In this document: piece by piece, positions 61,520 to 64,000 of the stretch
How positions within the stretch are numbered: position 1 is the stretch's first letter
Layout: every line of letters starts with the position of its first letter
NCBI RefSeq assembly: GCF_963921235.1
Contig: NC_086097.1
Span: forward strand, 217,498,001-217,562,000
From: Mobula hypostoma
Lineage: Eukaryota
Length of the DNA: 64,000 bases
Direction of reading: 5' to 3'
Notes under the pieces: generated by a model
The model's database searches: none
What the model was told of the DNA's origin: nothing
Seen by the model: only the letters and a program-made list of their open reading frames with translations
Program-made: the position numbers and the translations under genes

Positions 61520-63927
61520 ACTACTCCACAAACCTGCCTGTCCAGGTAGACCCATTGTCTCAGCTTGCTCCTGCCCCACCAACCTCATTTCTGCATACCT
61601 CGACACTGTTTTATCCCCCCCCCTTGTTCAATCCCTTCCTACCTATGTTCATGACACTTCTCACACTTTGAATTTTTTCAATGATTTTAAGTTCCCTGGC
61701 CCCCACCGCTTTATTTTTACCATGGATGTCCAGTCCCTATGTACCTCCATCCCCCACCAGGAGGGTCTCAAAGCTCTCTGCTTCTTTTTGGATTCCAGAC
61801 CTAACCAGTTCCCCTCTACCACCACTCTCCTCCGTCTAGAGGAATTAGTCCTTACTCTTAATAATTTCTCCTTTGGCTCCTCCCACTTACTCTAAACTAA
61901 AGGTGTAGCCATGGGCAGCCGTATGAGTCCCAGCTATGCCTGCCTTTTTGTTGGCTTTGTGGAACAATCCATGTTCCAAGCCTATACTGGTATCTGTCCC
62001 CCACTTTTCCTTTGCTACATCGACGACTGCATTGGCGCTGCTTCCTAAACGCATGCTGAGCTCGTTGACTTCATTAACATTGCCTCCAACTTTCACCCTG
62101 CCCTCAAGTTTACCTGGTCCATTTCCTTTTTTTTTAATTTTATTTTTATTTGGATAAGGAGTTCACAATTATCATGTACTTTTTTCACACATATAACCTT
62201 TTCCATTTTTTTATATGTATAAAACTACAATTATTTATACATTCTTAAGTACACATTGAGATGATATAAAAGCAAAATAAACATTTAAATAGATAATTAT
62301 GTACTGTGGTAAATCTAACCTATTAGGCTAAGTAATGAAATTAGTTGTTAAGAAAAATGGTAATAATAGTTTCCATACAACCCTTCCGGACCATTTCCAC
62401 TGGTCCAAAATGTTGCATACAAGCCTATACCTGGTCCATTTCCAACACCTCCCTCCCCTTTCTTGATCTTTCTGTCTCCATCTCTGTAGACAGCTTATCT
62501 ACTGATGTCTACTATAAGCCTACGGACTCTCACAGCTACCTGGACTATTCCTCTTCCCACCCTGCCTCTTGCAAAAATACCATCCCCTTCTCACAATTCC
62601 TCTGTCTCTGCCGCATCTGCTCTCAGGATGAGGCTTTTCATTCCAGGATGAAGGAGATGTCCTTTTTTAGAGAAAGGGGCTTCCCTTCCTCCACCATCAA
62701 CTCTGCTCTCAAATCCATCTCTCCCATTTCACACCCATCTGCTCTCACCCCATCCTCCAGTCACCCCACTAGGAATAGGGTTCCCCTTGTCCTCACCTAC
62801 CACCCCACCAGCCTCCAGGTCCAGCATATACTTCCGCCACCTCCAACGGGATCCCACCACTAAGCACATCTTTCCCTCCCTCCCCCCCTTTCTGCTTTCC
62901 GCGGGGATTGCTCCCTATGCGACTCCCTTGTTCATTCGTCCCCCCCATCCCTCCCCACCGATCTCCCTCCCGGCACTTATCTTTGTAAACGGAACAAGTG
63001 CTACACATGCCCTTACACTTCCTCCCTCACCACCATTCAGGGGCCAGACAGTCCTTACAGGTGAGGTGACACTTCACCTGTGAGTCGGCTGGGGTGATAT
63101 ACTGCATCCAGTGCTCCCGATGCGGTCTTCTATATATTGGCAAGACCCAACGCAGGCTGGGAGACTGTTTCGCTGAACACCTACGCTCTGTCTGACAGAG
63201 AAAGCAGGATCTTCCAGTGGCCACACATTTTAATTCCACGTCCCATTCTGATATGTCTATCCACGGCCTCCTCTACTGTCAAGATGAAGCCACACTTAGG
63301 TTGGAGGAACAACACCTTGTATTCCGTTTGGGTAGCCTCCAACCTGATGGCATGAACATTGACTTCTCTAACTTCGGTTAATGCCCCACCTCCCCTCCGT
63401 ACCCCATCCCTTATTTATTTATTTATTTACCTACCTACCTACCCTTTTTTTCTCTCTTTTTTTTCTCCCTCTGTCCCTCTCAGTGTAATTCCTTGCCCAT
63501 CCTCTGGGCTCCCCCCCCCCTTCTTTCTCCCTAGGCCTCCCATCCCTGACAAAGGGTCTCGGCCTGAAACATCGACTGTACCTCTTCCTAGAGATGCTGC
63601 CTGGCCTGCTGTGTTCACCAGCAACTTTGATGTGTGTTGCTTGAATTTCCAGCATCTGCAGAATTCCTGTTGTTATCATCTCCCTTCTCCAGCTTTGTAT
63701 CCCCTTTGCCAATTAACTTTCCAGCTCTTAGCTCCATCCCTCCCCCTCCTGTCTTCTCCTATCATTTCGGATCACCCCTCCCCCTCCCCCTCCCGCTTTC
63801 AAATCTCTTACTATCTCTTCTTTCAGTTAGTCCTGATGAAGGTTCTCAGCCCGAAACGTCGACTGTACCTCTTCCTATAGATGCTGCCTGGCCTGCTGCG
63901 TTCACCAGCATTTTTTGTGTGTGTTAC
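61520..63927 (+). mobile_element. Penelope-like element, 5'-truncated, with two hammerhead cassettes in its 3' region
   Basis: HKPACPGRPIVS, FTMDVQSL.TSIPH, YIDDC, YYKPTDSHSYL and GIY-YIG remnants; cassettes at ~63545-63673 and ~63828-63927. Confidence 0.95.
62127..62427 (-). mobile_element. 301 bp A-tailed retroposed fragment inserted in the Penelope RT, with 16 bp TSD
   Basis: Perfect TSD tacctggtccatttcc at 62111-62126 and 62428-62443; T-run and tttatt at the left end. Confidence 0.88.
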
Positions 63928-64000
63928 TGTTAGAATGAGATGGGTTTTCTGAGATGGCTTTTCAAATAAGATCATCTGGGTAACCTTAGGAGCAAAACCA

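Overview
Vertebrate genomic DNA; the repeat content (CR1, Rex1-like LINEs, tRNA-derived SINEs, abundant Penelope-like elements) suggests a cartilaginous fish, probably a ray (inference). The only host gene I can support is a PX-domain SGK kinase (SGK3 or a close paralogue) on the + strand. Twelve coding exons from 27260 to 59696 splice in frame with GT-AG boundaries into 320 aa, running from the start codon to the activation loop; the remaining exons lie beyond the window. Nearly all ORFs in the supplied track are transposon debris. Much of the rest is nested mobile DNA: Neptune-type Penelope-like elements (RT + GIY-YIG), CR1 and Rex1-like LINEs, SINEs, a Tc1, a Buster/Charlie-type hAT, a Tigger/pogo, a Gypsy remnant and a non-autonomous Helitron. 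The most striking non-coding signal is a minimal type I hammerhead ribozyme motif (GTC-CTGAYGA-stem II-GAAACGTC^GAC) present in more than 15 intact or decayed copies. It occurs at Penelope 3' ends, as 105-160 bp solo cassettes, and as head-to-head double-ribozyme palindromes, mostly flanked by 10-16 bp target-site duplications. Two insertion junctions map to the predicted cleavage site.
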